Below are positions 50,736 through 63,425 of a DNA stretch of 64,000 nucleotides, one piece after another. The first letter of the stretch is position 1. Every line of letters starts with the position of its first letter. The position numbers and the translations under genes are program-made. The notes beneath the pieces are model-generated. The model had not been told where the DNA came from, searched no databases, and saw nothing but the letters and a program-made list of their open reading frames with translations. This DNA is from Felis catus (taxonomy: Eukaryota). The stretch is taken from assembly GCF_018350175.1 (NCBI RefSeq), contig NC_058368.1, positions 141,424,001 to 141,488,000 on the forward strand. The letters are read 5' to 3'.

Positions 50736-52100
50736 TTTGAATGAGTTTGTGGAAAGATAGTTATAACCTCTATTAATTAACCTAATTTTCCTATCTACCA
50801 CCACAGGCAATTTTTCTAAGACTGAGAATGGAGGCCTCATTATTGCCTGCTTCCCTCATCTATACTCCCCCTCTCACCTCAAGTAAGGAGACATTTTATA
50901 ATAAAGTTCCTTTTCAATTAAAATTCCTATACGCTGATTGTGTTTATTAGCTAACTGATTTCTGACTTCACCTCTTTCTTCACCCCAAACTCCTAGAGAC
51001 ACATCAGGTGTGGAGCCAGCAGTCAAAAAGAGAGGAGGTCAGACATTCTAACTATTCAGTGTGGGTGACATATAAGCCAATAAACACTGTGTAGGTTTTT
51101 TTATGTACATTTTTTCATTTGACTTTAAGGGATCATTACTCAATGTTATTTCTCATATTGAAGAATCTAAGGCTAATGCTTTGACTTGATTTTAAAGACT
51201 GAATTTTTTCTGCTGGTATAAATAGTATGGACACAGTAAAAGTACTTGAGAGAGCCTAATGAACCATTTCTTACACCCCATTACCTTTAGTCTGATATGA
51301 CTGAGAGTGCAGGCACTAATTATCCTCTCTTTCACAGATACCGACATAGATCTACAGTAGGTCTTAAAACACAATTTCCCATACAACTCAACACTTCCTT
51401 GCATAACACATTCCTGTATTTTTCTTCTTGTTACAATTTAAATGAGAAAGGCCAATTTCTTATCTTCAACTTTTCTAAACACAAAGGGCACATACAGTTA
51501 ATGATACTTCTTAATCTCCAGAGACTAAAGATAAAATTATGCCCAACTGGAAATGAGGAATTTTTTTAATTACAAAAATCACATTCCATAATAGCCTCTA
51601 TCCATGGAGAACAACCTAAAATGCATTTATGAAATTTAAAAAAAAAAAGATAACTTATTTCCTACTAGGATATATAAATGATTCTATTACATTGAACCTT
51701 CTTTATCAATGTACTAAGTATATATTTTGGTATAATATCTAGTATAATGAACATAATTTTTCCCCACATTATACCACTCTAGTTTGGGAAAGAAATATCT
51801 GTAATTTCTAAAAGAAAAGGAGTCAAAGAATAAGCTTTGACACCTATACCAGATTGATATAGTGAGAAACAGGAAAGAACTTTACAATGAATATTGTAAA
51901 GAACATTATAATAAATTAGAGACCTATAAAATATATTTGAATATATATGGTTCTTTATACATTTGTGAAGAAGATATATAAAAGAACAGCAAATGCTATC
52001 CTTTTGGCATTTAAGCATCCTTCCATACTACCTGTTGAATCATTTTGGTAAAGATTTTAATGGTAGAAGAGAAAATTCCTTTACCTCATAGCAGAAACAA

Positions 52101-52250
52101 AAGGAAGGAAGGAAGGAAGGAAGGAAGGAAGGAAGGAAGGAAGGAAGGAAGGAAGGAAGGAAGGAAGGAAGGAAGGAATAAAGAAAGAAGGAAAGAAAGA
52201 ATAAAAGAAAAAGAGAAAGAAAAGAGTAAAGGGAAGAGAAAAGAAAAGAG
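52101..52250. repeat. (GGAA)n microsatellite with GA-rich tail
   Basis: About 19 perfect AAGG units, then a degenerate purine tract. Confidence 0.97.
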
Positions 52251-52789
52251 TGAGAGAATGCATCTTAAAGCAGAGATCTCAAGTGGTATGCCCTAGCATA
52301 TCAAATGAGTTACAGGTGTGTTCAAGTGTGCTCAAGCTATTGAAGCTCTTGAGGCAGACAGGCAGGAGCCCCTGGCATCAGTTGGGAGAAGTATGTTCAC
52401 CCCAGTAGGCAGGATTAATATTATCTTTTTTTTTTTTTTCTGTAGGTCACGATGTAGAAGAAAGAAGTTGGGAAGCATTGCAAGAAAGCCCTCTGGACTC
52501 AGAGAGTAACTTGGCTGAAGAACTGAGACTCCTCATGGAATTTGTGAATAGAACTATGGAAAAAGTGTAAGGTTAGCAAGATTCATTTTCTTTACCACCT
52601 GCCATATTTTAATATAGTTAGAGAAGAGCCTAAAAAATGCATCAAAGTCTACAAATCCTTGATCCCAAGGACCATGAAGTGACAAAGCTCATGTCTGTGG
52701 TTCCCTGGGTATTCAGGCTATACAGACAAGCAATCAGTCAGTTGTATCAGATCAAAATGAGCTTCATCAAATGGATGAAGTCTTCCTGA

Positions 52790-53545
52790 CACTAGACAGG
52801 GATTTAATAGCTCTCTCCCTTACAGCCTCTTTTTACTTTGCACATACTTCAAAGCATATCTTACACAGTATATAATTATTTGCCATGTAACAAAACACAT
52901 CCTTACCCTCTTTCCTTCTTAGAAGAACCCCTTTGTCTGTGTTCTGCCCCACTCCTTCCTGTTTCCTAAAAATAATGTTCTCTTTTGTCTTTCTTGCTTC
53001 TTCTTCTAGTCCATTTCCTTCACATGTAAATGTGTACAGTATCTCATATCTTAATCATCCCCTCCCAAACCTCACATCTCTTTCTACATATCATCTTATC
53101 TTTCTGCTTCCTTTTATATCGAGTTCCTCAAAAGAATGCTCTACCCTCAGTCTTGCCAAATCTTACTTGACCTATCATAACTAACTATTCCCTCCTTAAA
53201 ATTTTGGCCTCTTATTAATTCTGTTAACTATTCAGTCCTTCTTGAATCTCTTTCACCCCTAGGTTATATGAGTTCTCCTAGAGCTCTGGCTACCTCTCTT
53301 TATGCCTTCTCTTCCCTTTCCTATTCTTTAAGAGTGAGTGTTGGCTAGATTTCTGGTCTAGTCTTTTTTCTTTCTCATCCTCACATTCTTTCTGGGCAGT
53401 TCTATTTGGGCACTCTATAGGTAGCAGAACTCAGCATGTCCAAAACTGCATAAATTACCTTTCCTCAAATGTTACTTCCTCCTCCTCACCTATAATCCCT
53501 ACTTTGGTTAACAGCACCATTAAGAGATGAAATACTCAAGCCAGA
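52790..53545 (+). mobile_element. Degraded L2 fragments
   Basis: Pyrimidine-rich; AACTCAGCATGTCCAAAACTG..CAAGCCAGAAA L2 motifs. Confidence 0.55.
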
Positions 53546-53569
53546 AATTTGACATTAGTATTAAAGTTA

Positions 53570-53930
53570 CTTTTTAAAATTTGTTTTTGTAGTTAGAAGT
53601 GAAAGAAATCGACCCAAGACTGTACCGTAATATTTATTAAGTAGTTGGGTATTGAAAGGATACTAGAATATTTCACAGACTCAAAGGAAGAGATGACATT
53701 GGAAATGGTAGAACAAGAATATCACAGGGGACTTGAGGAAATGATCTTTTTTCCAGAACCTAATTATAAACCTAATTCCCAGGCTCTGTCTGTGTTCAAA
53801 GTTTCTTTCATATTATTAAGGAAAGAATGGTATTGGCCCAGCCTGGGTCATGTCCCTTGTACATCAATCAGCTATGGCTCCCAAACTGGAATCATTACTC
53901 TGCAACCCACACAGCCAAAAAGGAATTGGC
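53570..53930. mobile_element. MLT1-like MaLR LTR relic
   Basis: AAGTGAAAGAAATCGACCCAAGACTG and ATTGGCCCAGCCTGGGTCATGTCCC, typical of MLT1J/K as recalled. Confidence 0.5.
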
Positions 53931-53956
53931 ACCTCAATATAAAAACCTCCCCTATA

Positions 53957-54178
53957 GGGGCGCCTGGGTGGCGCAGTCGGTTAAGCGTCCGACTTCAGCC
54001 AGGTCACGATCTCGCGGTCCGTGAGTTCCAGCCCCGCGTCAGGCTCTGGGCTGATGGCTCAGAGCCTGGAGCCTGTTTCCGATTCTGTGTCTCCCTCTCT
54101 CTTTGCCCCTCCCCCGTTCATGCTCTGTCTCTGTCCCAAAAATAAATAAACGTTGAAAAAAAAAATTAAAAAAAAAAA
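53957..54178 (+). mobile_element. Young SINEC_Fc
   Basis: CpG-rich; TSD ACCTCCCCTATA. Confidence 0.97.
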
Positions 54179-54605
54179 CACCTCCCCTATAAATCAATAT
54201 CCCCATTCCACCCCCACAAGCTCCACCAAAACAAAACAAAACCAGAAAAACGGTCAAAGGGTATAGACAGATAATTTTCAAAGCAGGAAATAAGTATCAC
54301 CAATAAAATATAAGAAGTTGCCCAATCTCAGTGGTAATCAAGAGATGAAAATTAATAAAACAAAGAGAGTCATTTACATTAATCAGAATTGCAATAATTA
54401 CCAGGTGTTATAACACTAAATGTTGCTAAGGATGGAGAAGGTGTAAATTCAACTAAATATTTCAAAAGATACTTTGGCAATACTAAGTAAAATTGGCCTT
54501 AACATTACAACAACCTAGATATTTTATTTAAAAGGTTTATCATAGAGAGGCTTTGCACACGTGCAAAAGGAGATACATACAAAAAGGCACACTACAGCAT
54601 TGTTT

Positions 54606-54822
54606 TGTTTTTTTTTTCCAACGTTTTTATTTATTTTTGGGACAGAGAGAGACAGAGCATGAACGGGGGAGGGGCAGAGAGAGAGGAGACACAGAATCGG
54701 AAACAGGCTCCAGGCTCTGAGCCATCAGCCCAGAGCCTGACGCGGGGCTCGAACTCACGGACCACGAGATCGTGACCTGGCTGAAGTCGGACGCTTAACC
54801 GACTGCGCCACCCAGGCGCCCC
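54606..54822 (-). mobile_element. Young SINEC_Fc inside an old L1 3' fragment (about 54250-55030)
   Basis: CpG-rich; TSD CTACAGCATTGTTT. Confidence 0.97.
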
Positions 54823-56195
54823 TACAGCATTGTTTCTAATGAAAGGGTGAAAGCAACCTAATTATACCTGAGTAGAGAAAGAGCTAAATAAACTGTACTC
54901 TATTCATGGAAAAATTAAATGCAGTAGCAGTAAAATAGTATGAAGTAGTAAAAATGAATTAACTAGAAGTATGTATCAATGAGGATAAATATTTTCAAAG
55001 TAATATTGAGGGGGGAAAATCATGAAAGAATGACTTCTGGAATGATAGCATGAAGAGCTCCAATGAACTAACTCACTCTCCAATGAAACTGGTGAAAATA
55101 ACTAAAAAGCAACCTGTAGGGCCTCTGGAAATGGTCCTAAGGGAAAACATCAAATGAAGAAACATGTATTCAAAAAAACCTCTGAAAGTTCATTAAGAAA
55201 GGCCAGACTCTATGGTATTTAAAGTAAGACTGCTCCCTCCCTCCCACTCCCAGCTTAATGAGGCAGAGACTCAAGACTGCTGCAGCTAAGAACACGGGTC
55301 TCCCTCTGCCCCCATCTCCCAGGATGGCTTGCTTTCCTGGAGAATAACTTGGCCATTTTTCATCCTGCCCAGAGCAATCTACTGCTAAGGCCGTGTGCTG
55401 GGCAAATATGGTCAAAAGGTGAAAACTTCCTTCTTCTTCCCTGCTCCCATTCGTGGAAATGAGGCTCTATCTTGGCATGGTATGCTGAGAATAATGGGGA
55501 CCTGATTACCCTTGCCTCAACTCAAGAGGCAATGGTACCATGACAAGAGAAACAAGTCAAGAGGATCTCAGGCCAATGGCTCCACCTTCACTAAGCACTC
55601 AGCTCTTAGATCAGGGGTGTCACTCACAGAGAGGTTTTACATTGTCTCTACCCCCAGCTGCAGAGTGCTGCCTCAGAGATTTTGCCTGTGGGAGAAGCAA
55701 GCCTAATCTCTTCCCAAATGAACTCACTGCATCTGCAACACAGTATGAAGAGGTTCAAACCTTCACGTATTCTCATGAACAGTAGACTCTGTGGTGAAAT
55801 TCAATTGGGAAGAGAATAACAGATTTAAGAAAAATACAGATTAGACGATAGGTGATTAGTTTGCAAGAGAAAACAGGAATAACACAGCTAGAAAGAGTCC
55901 TCTTGGTATCAAAACAAATATCAAATGCTGATCTCAGAAAATGTTCCTTCGAAAGAGACATAATTTGTTGGATACAACTGGGCTACAGAAATTACTACAG
56001 ATAGTAAACTAATAATTAAAATAATGTATTATTGTGTTTATGACATTAATAGATATAATATGTATAATAGTACCACAAAATGGGGGGAAATAAATAGAGC
56101 AATATAGCAAACACATTTCTATATGTCACAGAAATTAAACTAGTATAAATCTGAAGTTTATTCCAATGAGATGTAGATAGTAAACCCTAAAGCAA

Positions 56196-56196
<1 letters not shown>

Positions 56197-56236
<40 letters not shown>
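56197..56236. repeat. (CA)n microsatellite
   Basis: Pure dinucleotide run. Confidence 0.98.
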
Positions 56237-56238
<2 letters not shown>

Positions 56239-56495
56239 GTAAAAAAAATCATTTAAGACATTAAAATACTACCTTAAAAAACATACACAAAATGCAAAAG
56301 AAAGGAGTAAAGAAGAATTATAAGAATATAAAATACATGAGACATATAGAAAGCAATAAGTAAAATGGCCAATGTAAATCCAACTCTATCAATAATAACA
56401 CTAAATGTAAATGGATTAAACAATCCAATCAAAAGGCAGAGATTGTCGATTAAATTTAAAAAAAGACACACTTTAGATTTAAAAATACAGACTGA

Positions 56496-56935
56496 GGGGT
56501 GCCTGCGTGGCTCAGTCAGTTAGGTGTCTGACTTCAGCTCAGGTCATGATCTCATGGTTCGTGAGTTCAAACCCCACATCGGGCTCTGTGCTGACAGCTC
56601 AGAGCCTGGAGCCTGCTTCAGATTCTGTGTCTCCCTTTCTCTTGCCCCTCTCCTGCTCATGCTCTGTCTCTCTCTCTCAAAAATAAAAATTTTTAAAAAT
56701 TAAAAATTAAAGGGGCGCCTGGGTGGCACAGTCGGTTAAGGGTCCGACTTCAGCCAGGTCACGATCTTGCGGTCCGTGAGTTCGAGCCCCGCGTCAGGCT
56801 CTGGGCTGATGGCTAAGAGCCTGGAGCCTGTTTCAGATTCTGTGTCTCCCTCTCTCTCTGCCCCTCCCCCGTTCATGCTCTGTCTCTCTCTGTCCCAAAA
56901 ATAAATAAACGTTGAAAAAAAAATTAAAAATTAAA
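56496..56935 (+). mobile_element. Can-SINE with a young SINEC_Fc (56712-56935) in its tail
   Basis: Outer TSD AAAAATACAGA(C/T)TGA; inner A-rich TSD AAAAATTAAAAATTAAA. Confidence 0.95.
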
Positions 56936-57704
56936 AAAATACAGATTGAAAGAAGTGAATAAAAATATATTGTGGAAATAGAAATCATTTGAAAATTGGA
57001 GTAGCTTTACTAAAACAAAACAAAACAAAAAAGCCTTTAAAAGAAAACCATGTAATTTGATACAGAGGGACTTTTATAATCACAAAAGAGTTGATCCATC
57101 AGGAAAACATACTTATAAATGTATATGCCTCCAATAATAGAGTTCCAAAACACACAAAGCAAAAACTGCCAGAAATGAAGGGAAAAACAGACAACTCAAC
57201 AATTACAGTTGGTAACTTAAACAGTCTGCTTTCAATAATGGAAAGAATAATAGATATAAAATCAACAAGGAAACAGAAGACATGAGAAAAACCAACTAGA
57301 CCTGAAAGACAGCTAGAGAATACTTCACCCAACAACTATAGAACATACATCCCTCTCAGATGCATGTGAAACATTCTTCAGAAGAGATCATATACTAACC
57401 TACAAAACAAACTTCAATAAATTTAAAAGGTTAAAAATAATACAAATTACGTTCTTTGGCTACACTGGAATCAAATTCAAAATCAGTAGTGGGGAAAAAA
57501 GACACTTGGCAAGTTACAAATACATGGAAATTAAATAACACACTCCTAAATAACCAATGAGTCAAAAAATATTTCAAAAGAGAAATCATAAAATACTTAG
57601 AGATGACTGAAAACATTCAACATAACAAAACTTGTGAGATAAAGCTAAAGCAGTGGTCAGAGGGGGATTTATAGTGGCAAAAGTGTATATTAAGAAAGAT
57701 CTCA

Positions 57705-57834
57705 GGGCCCCTGGGTGGCTCAGTCAATTAAGTGTTTGACTCTTGGTTTTGACTCAGATCCTGATCTCATGGTCATGGGATCAAGCCCTCGTCAGGCTCC
57801 ACATTGGGTGTGGAACTTGCTTAAAATTCTCTCA

Positions 57835-57889
<55 letters not shown>

Positions 57890-57965
57890 CCCCCCGCCCT
57901 CCTGTCCCTCCCCTGCTTGCATTCTTTCTCTCTCCCTCTCTCTCTCTGTCTCTCTCAAAAAAAGA
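57705..57965 (+). mobile_element. Can-SINE with expanded (CT)n
   Basis: SINE head; TSD AAGAAAGATC. Confidence 0.92.
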
Positions 57966-58038
57966 AAGATCACAAATAAATAACCAAATCTCCTGCCATA
58001 ACATATTAACCTAAAGGAAACTAAACTTAAACAGAAGA

Positions 58039-59634
58039 GCAATCCCTATCAAAATAACACCAGCATTTTTCACAGAGCTAGAACAAACAATCCTAAAATT
58101 TGTATGGAACCAGAAAAGATCCCAAATAAGCAAACCAATCCTGAAAAAGAAAACCAAAGCTGGAGGCATCACAATTCTGGACTTCAAGATGTATTACAAA
58201 GCTTTAATCATCAAGACAGTATGGTACTGGTGCAAGACCAGACACACAGATCTATGGAACAGAAGAGAGAACCCAGAAATGGAGTCACAAACTTATGGCC
58301 AAGTAATCTTTGACAAAGCAGGAAAGAATATCCAACAGAAAAAAAGTCAGTCTCTTCAGCAAGTGGTGCTGGGAAAACTGGACAGTGACATGCAGAAGAA
58401 TGAACCTGGACCACTTTCTTATACCATACACAAAAATAAACACAAAATAGATGAAAAACTTAAATGTAAGACAGAAAACCATCAAAATACTAGAGGAGAA
58501 AACAGGCAACAACCTCCTTGACCTCAGCCACAGCAACTTCTTACTTGACATTTCTCCAGAGGCAAGGGAAACAAAAACAAAAATTGGGATGAAGTCCCAA
58601 TAGTTCCCAGCGAAGGAAACAATCAGAAAAATTAAGACAACCGGTGGCATGGGAGAAGATATTTGCTTTATCTGACATATCAGATAAAAGATTAGTAGCC
58701 AGTATCTATAAAGAGCTTGCCAAACTCAACATGCAAAAAACAAATAATCCAGTGAAGAAATGGGCAGAAGACAAGAATAGACACTTTTCCAAATAAGACA
58801 TCCAGATAGATAACCGACACATGAAAAGATGTTCAACATCACTCATCATCAGGGAAATACAAATCAAAACCACAATGACATACCACCTCACACATCAGAA
58901 CGGCTAACATTAACAACTCAGGCAACAACAGATGTTGGCAAGGATGCGGAGAAAGAGAAACCCTTTTGCAGTGCTGGTGGGAATGCAAACTGGTGCAAAC
59001 AGTATAAAGGTTCCTCAAAAAATTAAAAATAGAACTACCCTACGGCCCAGCAATTGCACTATTAGGTATTTATCCAAAGGATGTAAAAATGCTGATTCGA
59101 AGGGGCACATGCACCCCAATGCTTATAGCAACACTATCAACAATAGCCAAAGTATGGAAAGAGCCCAAATGTCCATCGACTGATGAATAAATCAAGAGGA
59201 TGTAGTATACATATACAATAGAGTATTACTCAGCAATCAAAAATAATAAAATCTTGTCATCTGCAACAACATAGATGGAACTAGAATGCATTATGCTAAG
59301 CAAAATAGATCAATAAGAAAAAAACAAATATATGATTTCACTCATATGGGGCATTTAAGATATAAAACAGCTGAATATAAGGGAAGTGAAGCAAAAATAA
59401 TATAAAAACAGAGGGAAACAAACCATAAGAGACTCTTAAATACAGAGAACAAAAGGAGGGATGCTGGAGGGGTGTTGGATGGGAGAAAGGGCTCAAGGGT
59501 TGAGGGGCATGAAGGAGGACATTTGGTGGGATGAGCACTGGGTGTTATATGTAAGTGATGAATCACTAAATTCTATTCCTGAAATTATTATTACACTATA
59601 TGTTAACTGACTTGGATTTAAATTTTTAAAAAAA
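58039..59634 (+). mobile_element. 5'-truncated carnivore L1 nested in an older L1
   Basis: Peptide [23 protein letters not shown]; 3'UTR similar to those at 7812-8058 and 48330-48540. Confidence 0.93.
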
Positions 59635-60104
59635 GGATTAAAAGCCGTATCAAGCAAAAAAAAAAAAAAAATAGAAGAAAGAAATAGTATTAGAGATAAG
59701 TGAAAAATAATAGACAACAATAAAACTAAAATTCAGTTAATTGAAAAAGATCAACAAAATTGACAAATCTTTATTTAGATTAACCAGAGAAAGAGAGAAG
59801 AATCAAATTAGTAGAATCAGAAATGAAAGAGGGGACATAATTACGAAACTTACAGAAATAAAAAGGATTGTAAAAGAATACTGAGAACAACTGTATACCA
59901 ATGAATTAGATAACTTAGGTAAAATGGACAAATTCCTCAAAAGGCACAAACTACAAAAACTGAATCAAGAAAAAGTAAACAATCAGAGTAGATTATAACA
60001 AAGAAATGGAATGAGTAATCAAAAACTACTCACAAAGAAAAGCCTAGGTCCAGATGGCTTCACCACTGAATTTCACCAAATATTTAAAGATCTGGAATAC
60101 AAAA

Positions 60105-60785
60105 TGGGAGTTTGGAGTATGGAAGTTCCTCAAAACTTTAAAATTAGAACTACCATGAGATCCAGCAACTCCACTTTTAGGTATATATCCAAAGGAAATG
60201 AAAATAGGATCTGCTCATGTTCATTGCGACATTATTCATGACAGCTAAGATATGGAAACAACATAAGGGTCATCAACAGATGAATGGATAAATAAGATAT
60301 GGTACACACAATGATATATTATTCAGCCATGAGAAACAAGAAAATTCTGCCATTTTCAATCTGGGTGGATCTTGAGAGCATTATGCTAAGTAAAATCAGC
60401 CAGAGAAAGACAAATACTACATGGTATCACTTATATGTGAAATGTTAATTAAAAAAAAAAAGTCAAACTTGTAGAAACAGTAGAAAATTGGTTGCCAAGG
60501 GGTAGAATATGTGGAAAATAGGAAGAAGCTGGTAAAACTTTCAGCTATATGATGAGTAAGGTCTGAGAATTAATGTAAAAATGGTGACTATAGTTGATAA
60601 TACTATACTGACTCTATAAGTGAAATTTGCTCAGAGAGAACTTAAATGTTCTCACCAAAAAAGGAAAAAAACATAAAAAGATATGAGATGATGAATGGGT
60701 TAATTAACTAGATGGAGGAAGCCTTTCACAAATTAAAAAACAACAATTAAGAAAATCTGAATATAAACTTTAGTTAATAATAAAA
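60105..60785 (+). mobile_element. L1MA-like 3' fragment nested in an older L1
   Basis: 3'UTR homologous to 40746-41658; host ORF2 resumes at about 60790. Confidence 0.8.
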
Positions 60786-61947
60786 GAAAGAATGAATACT
60801 AGTTTCTCATAAACGGTTTCAAAAAATATAAAATAGAGAAATGTTTCCTAACCCATTTTATGACGAAAGTACTACCCCAATATAACAAAAACAGGCAAAG
60901 GTATTACAAGAAAACTATAAGACAACCACATTTTTTATAAATATAGATACAAAATCCTCAACAAAATACTAGCAAACTAAATCTAGCAACACAAAAATAT
61001 AATTATATACCATAACCAAATGAGGAATGCAGTTGATTTGACATTCAAAAATCAATTAATGTAATACACAGAATCATTACAATAAAAAACAAAATCACAT
61101 GATCATCACAATGACAAAGCAAAAACATTTGACAAAGTCCAACATCTTCCATGACAGAAACACTCAATAAACTAAAAATAGAGGGAAACTTCCTCAAGCC
61201 GATAAAAGATATCTGCCAAAGAACCACAGACAACATCATACTTAAACAATGAAGACAATGCTTTCCTCCCAAGATCAGGAACAAATTGAGGATGGCCACC
61301 CTCACCACTTGTATTCAACACTGCACTGGAGGTACCAGTCAGCAAAATAAACAAAGTAAGAAAATAAATAAATAAAAGGTATATATTGGGGGGAAAAAAG
61401 TGAAACTTTCTATTTGTAGATGCTATAATTTTTATATAGAAAATACTAACTAATCCACTAACACTCTACTAGAACTCATAAATGATTGAGCAAGGTTGCA
61501 GGATATAAGATCAATATACAAAAATCAATTTTTTATGCACTTGCAATGAACAATTGGAAAGTAAAATTAGAAAAAATTGCATTTATATTAGCACCTAAAA
61601 GAATACTTAGGAATAAACTTAACCAATCTGAAATTTTCAACAAAACAAATTGAAAAAATAACTTACCAAAATCGAATCAAGGAGAAATTCAAAAAATCAA
61701 TTAAATTTTCTAAGAAATTAAATCTAGTTAGAAGAGCCACTCAAAAAGAAAACTAAAGTTTCAGATGATTCACTAGTGAATTCTTTCAAACATTTAAGCA
61801 TTAACTCCAATACATAAACTTTTCCAAAAACGAAAAAAGAGGGTACATTTTCCACCTCATTCTGTGAGACTAGAATAACTTTCATACCAATACCCAACAA
61901 AGAAAACACAAGAAAAGAAACTAGAGGCTGATCTCTCTCCTAAACAC

Positions 61948-62492
61948 TGTAGTGAGAAAATCTTTTCTTGACACAATGACTACAATGACATCTGTCATGG
62001 GTCTAAAGAGAAAAACGGACTTACCCTAAGGGAGATTCCTCCTTTTTCACAGAAACTACCAACTCATACTAGTAGCTCTCTCTCTTTGCTATCCTAATAA
62101 GTAGAATTCCTTGCTGTCTACTTTTTTATCTAAAACAATCCACTCTCAGTTCCTCTCTGTACTTCCTCTTAGTCTTGACCTAGTTTTCCAACTGCTTTCA
62201 TTCAAACCATCCAGTTTAACTGGGTTGATGCGGGAAGCCTTACCCTGTAAGTCATATAAGGCCTCAACCTATTCCCAGCTCTGTTTTTGTTTTCTACTCT
62301 TTCTTTCACCCCTATTGCCACCCACAAGGTCCCTCAAGGTGTGCTGTGTTCTTCCTCCATGGAGTTGTATGTCTTAATAAATCTGAACTTGTTTCTTCTG
62401 CATCCAGTGTGGATGTTATGTGCTGAGTCATCTGAACCTAGTGAAAATATGCCTGCCAACCCACTGTGGGCATTGGTAAGGTAATCAAAACA
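61948..62492 (+). mobile_element. Solo LTR inserted in an old L1 (61630-62700)
   Basis: TG...CA termini, AATAAA at about 62376, 5-bp TSD AACAC/AACAT; L1 sequence resumes after it. Confidence 0.65.
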
Positions 62493-62984
62493 AACATAGG
62501 CATGTAAACACACAAATCAAGAATAAAATACTAGCAAATTGAATCCAGCTATATAAAGCTAATAAGATCACAATCCAATTAGGTTTATTTCAAGAATGTA
62601 AGATTTGTTCAACATTTTCAAAAACCAGTGGAATTCACATTAACAAAATAAAGAACAAAAAGCCTCCAAATGACCATCTCAATGGATAAAGAAACTACGA
62701 TTGTGGAACGGCCAATTTTCCTTTCATAACTTTTATTTGATATGTTATTAAAGGCATACAAATATAGGACTGTTACTTTTCCGTGGGATTGACCATTTTA
62801 ACATTAAATGTGTCTGTCTCACTAAAATCTACTTCATCTTATATGTCTACAATAAATAGCTTTCTTGTGGATTATGTTTGCCTGGAATATCTTTTCCCAT
62901 CCTTTTAATTTAAATCTTTCATGTTATATTTAAGATGTGGCACTATAAACAGCATACAGTTGGATTCAAAAATCAAGTGTGACA

Positions 62985-63195
62985 GGGGTATCTGCGTAGT
63001 TCAGTCGATTTAGTATCCAACTTCGGCTCAGGTCATGATCCCACAGTATGTGAGTTCAAGCCCCATGTCAGGCTCTGTGCTGACAGCTCAGAGCCTGGAG
63101 CCTGCTTTAGATTCTGTGTCTCCCTCTCTCTCTGCCTTCCCTTGCTGACATTCTGTCTCTGTGTCTCAAAAAAAAAAATTTTTTTTTTAATTAAC
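62985..63195 (+). mobile_element. Can-SINE inside an old minus-strand L1 fragment (about 62715-63400)
   Basis: SINE body; flanks AAAAATCAAGTGTGA/AAAAATAGAGTGTGA. Confidence 0.92.
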
Positions 63196-63425
63196 AAAAA
63201 AATAGAGTGTGAGTTTGTCTTTTTAATTATTTAGCCCACTTACACTGACCATAATTATAATATTTGAGTCTAAATCTCTCAGCTTAATTCATATTTTCCA
63301 TTTGCCTCATGTGTTACTTGTTCCTTACTTTTTTCTCTATCAAGAATATATTATTATTCCATTTTCCCCCTGTATTGATTTGTTAGTGTTAATTTGTTAG
63401 TTGTTAATCAACAACTTTTTTTGTT

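Larger units (their letters stand above)
55030..61630 (+). mobile_element. Old long L1 (5' region, endonuclease and RT remnants) with nested insertions
   Basis: 5'-end-like 55030-55800; ITLNVNGLN DNA at about 56395; INVYASNNR; KKSLGPDGFTTEFHQIFK; RT remnants 60800-61630. Confidence 0.8.

Noticed and set aside
53645..54145. 166-aa ORF
   Set aside because: TTG start; runs through an MLT-like relic into a SINE (GAPGWRSRLSVRLQPGHDL is SINE translation)
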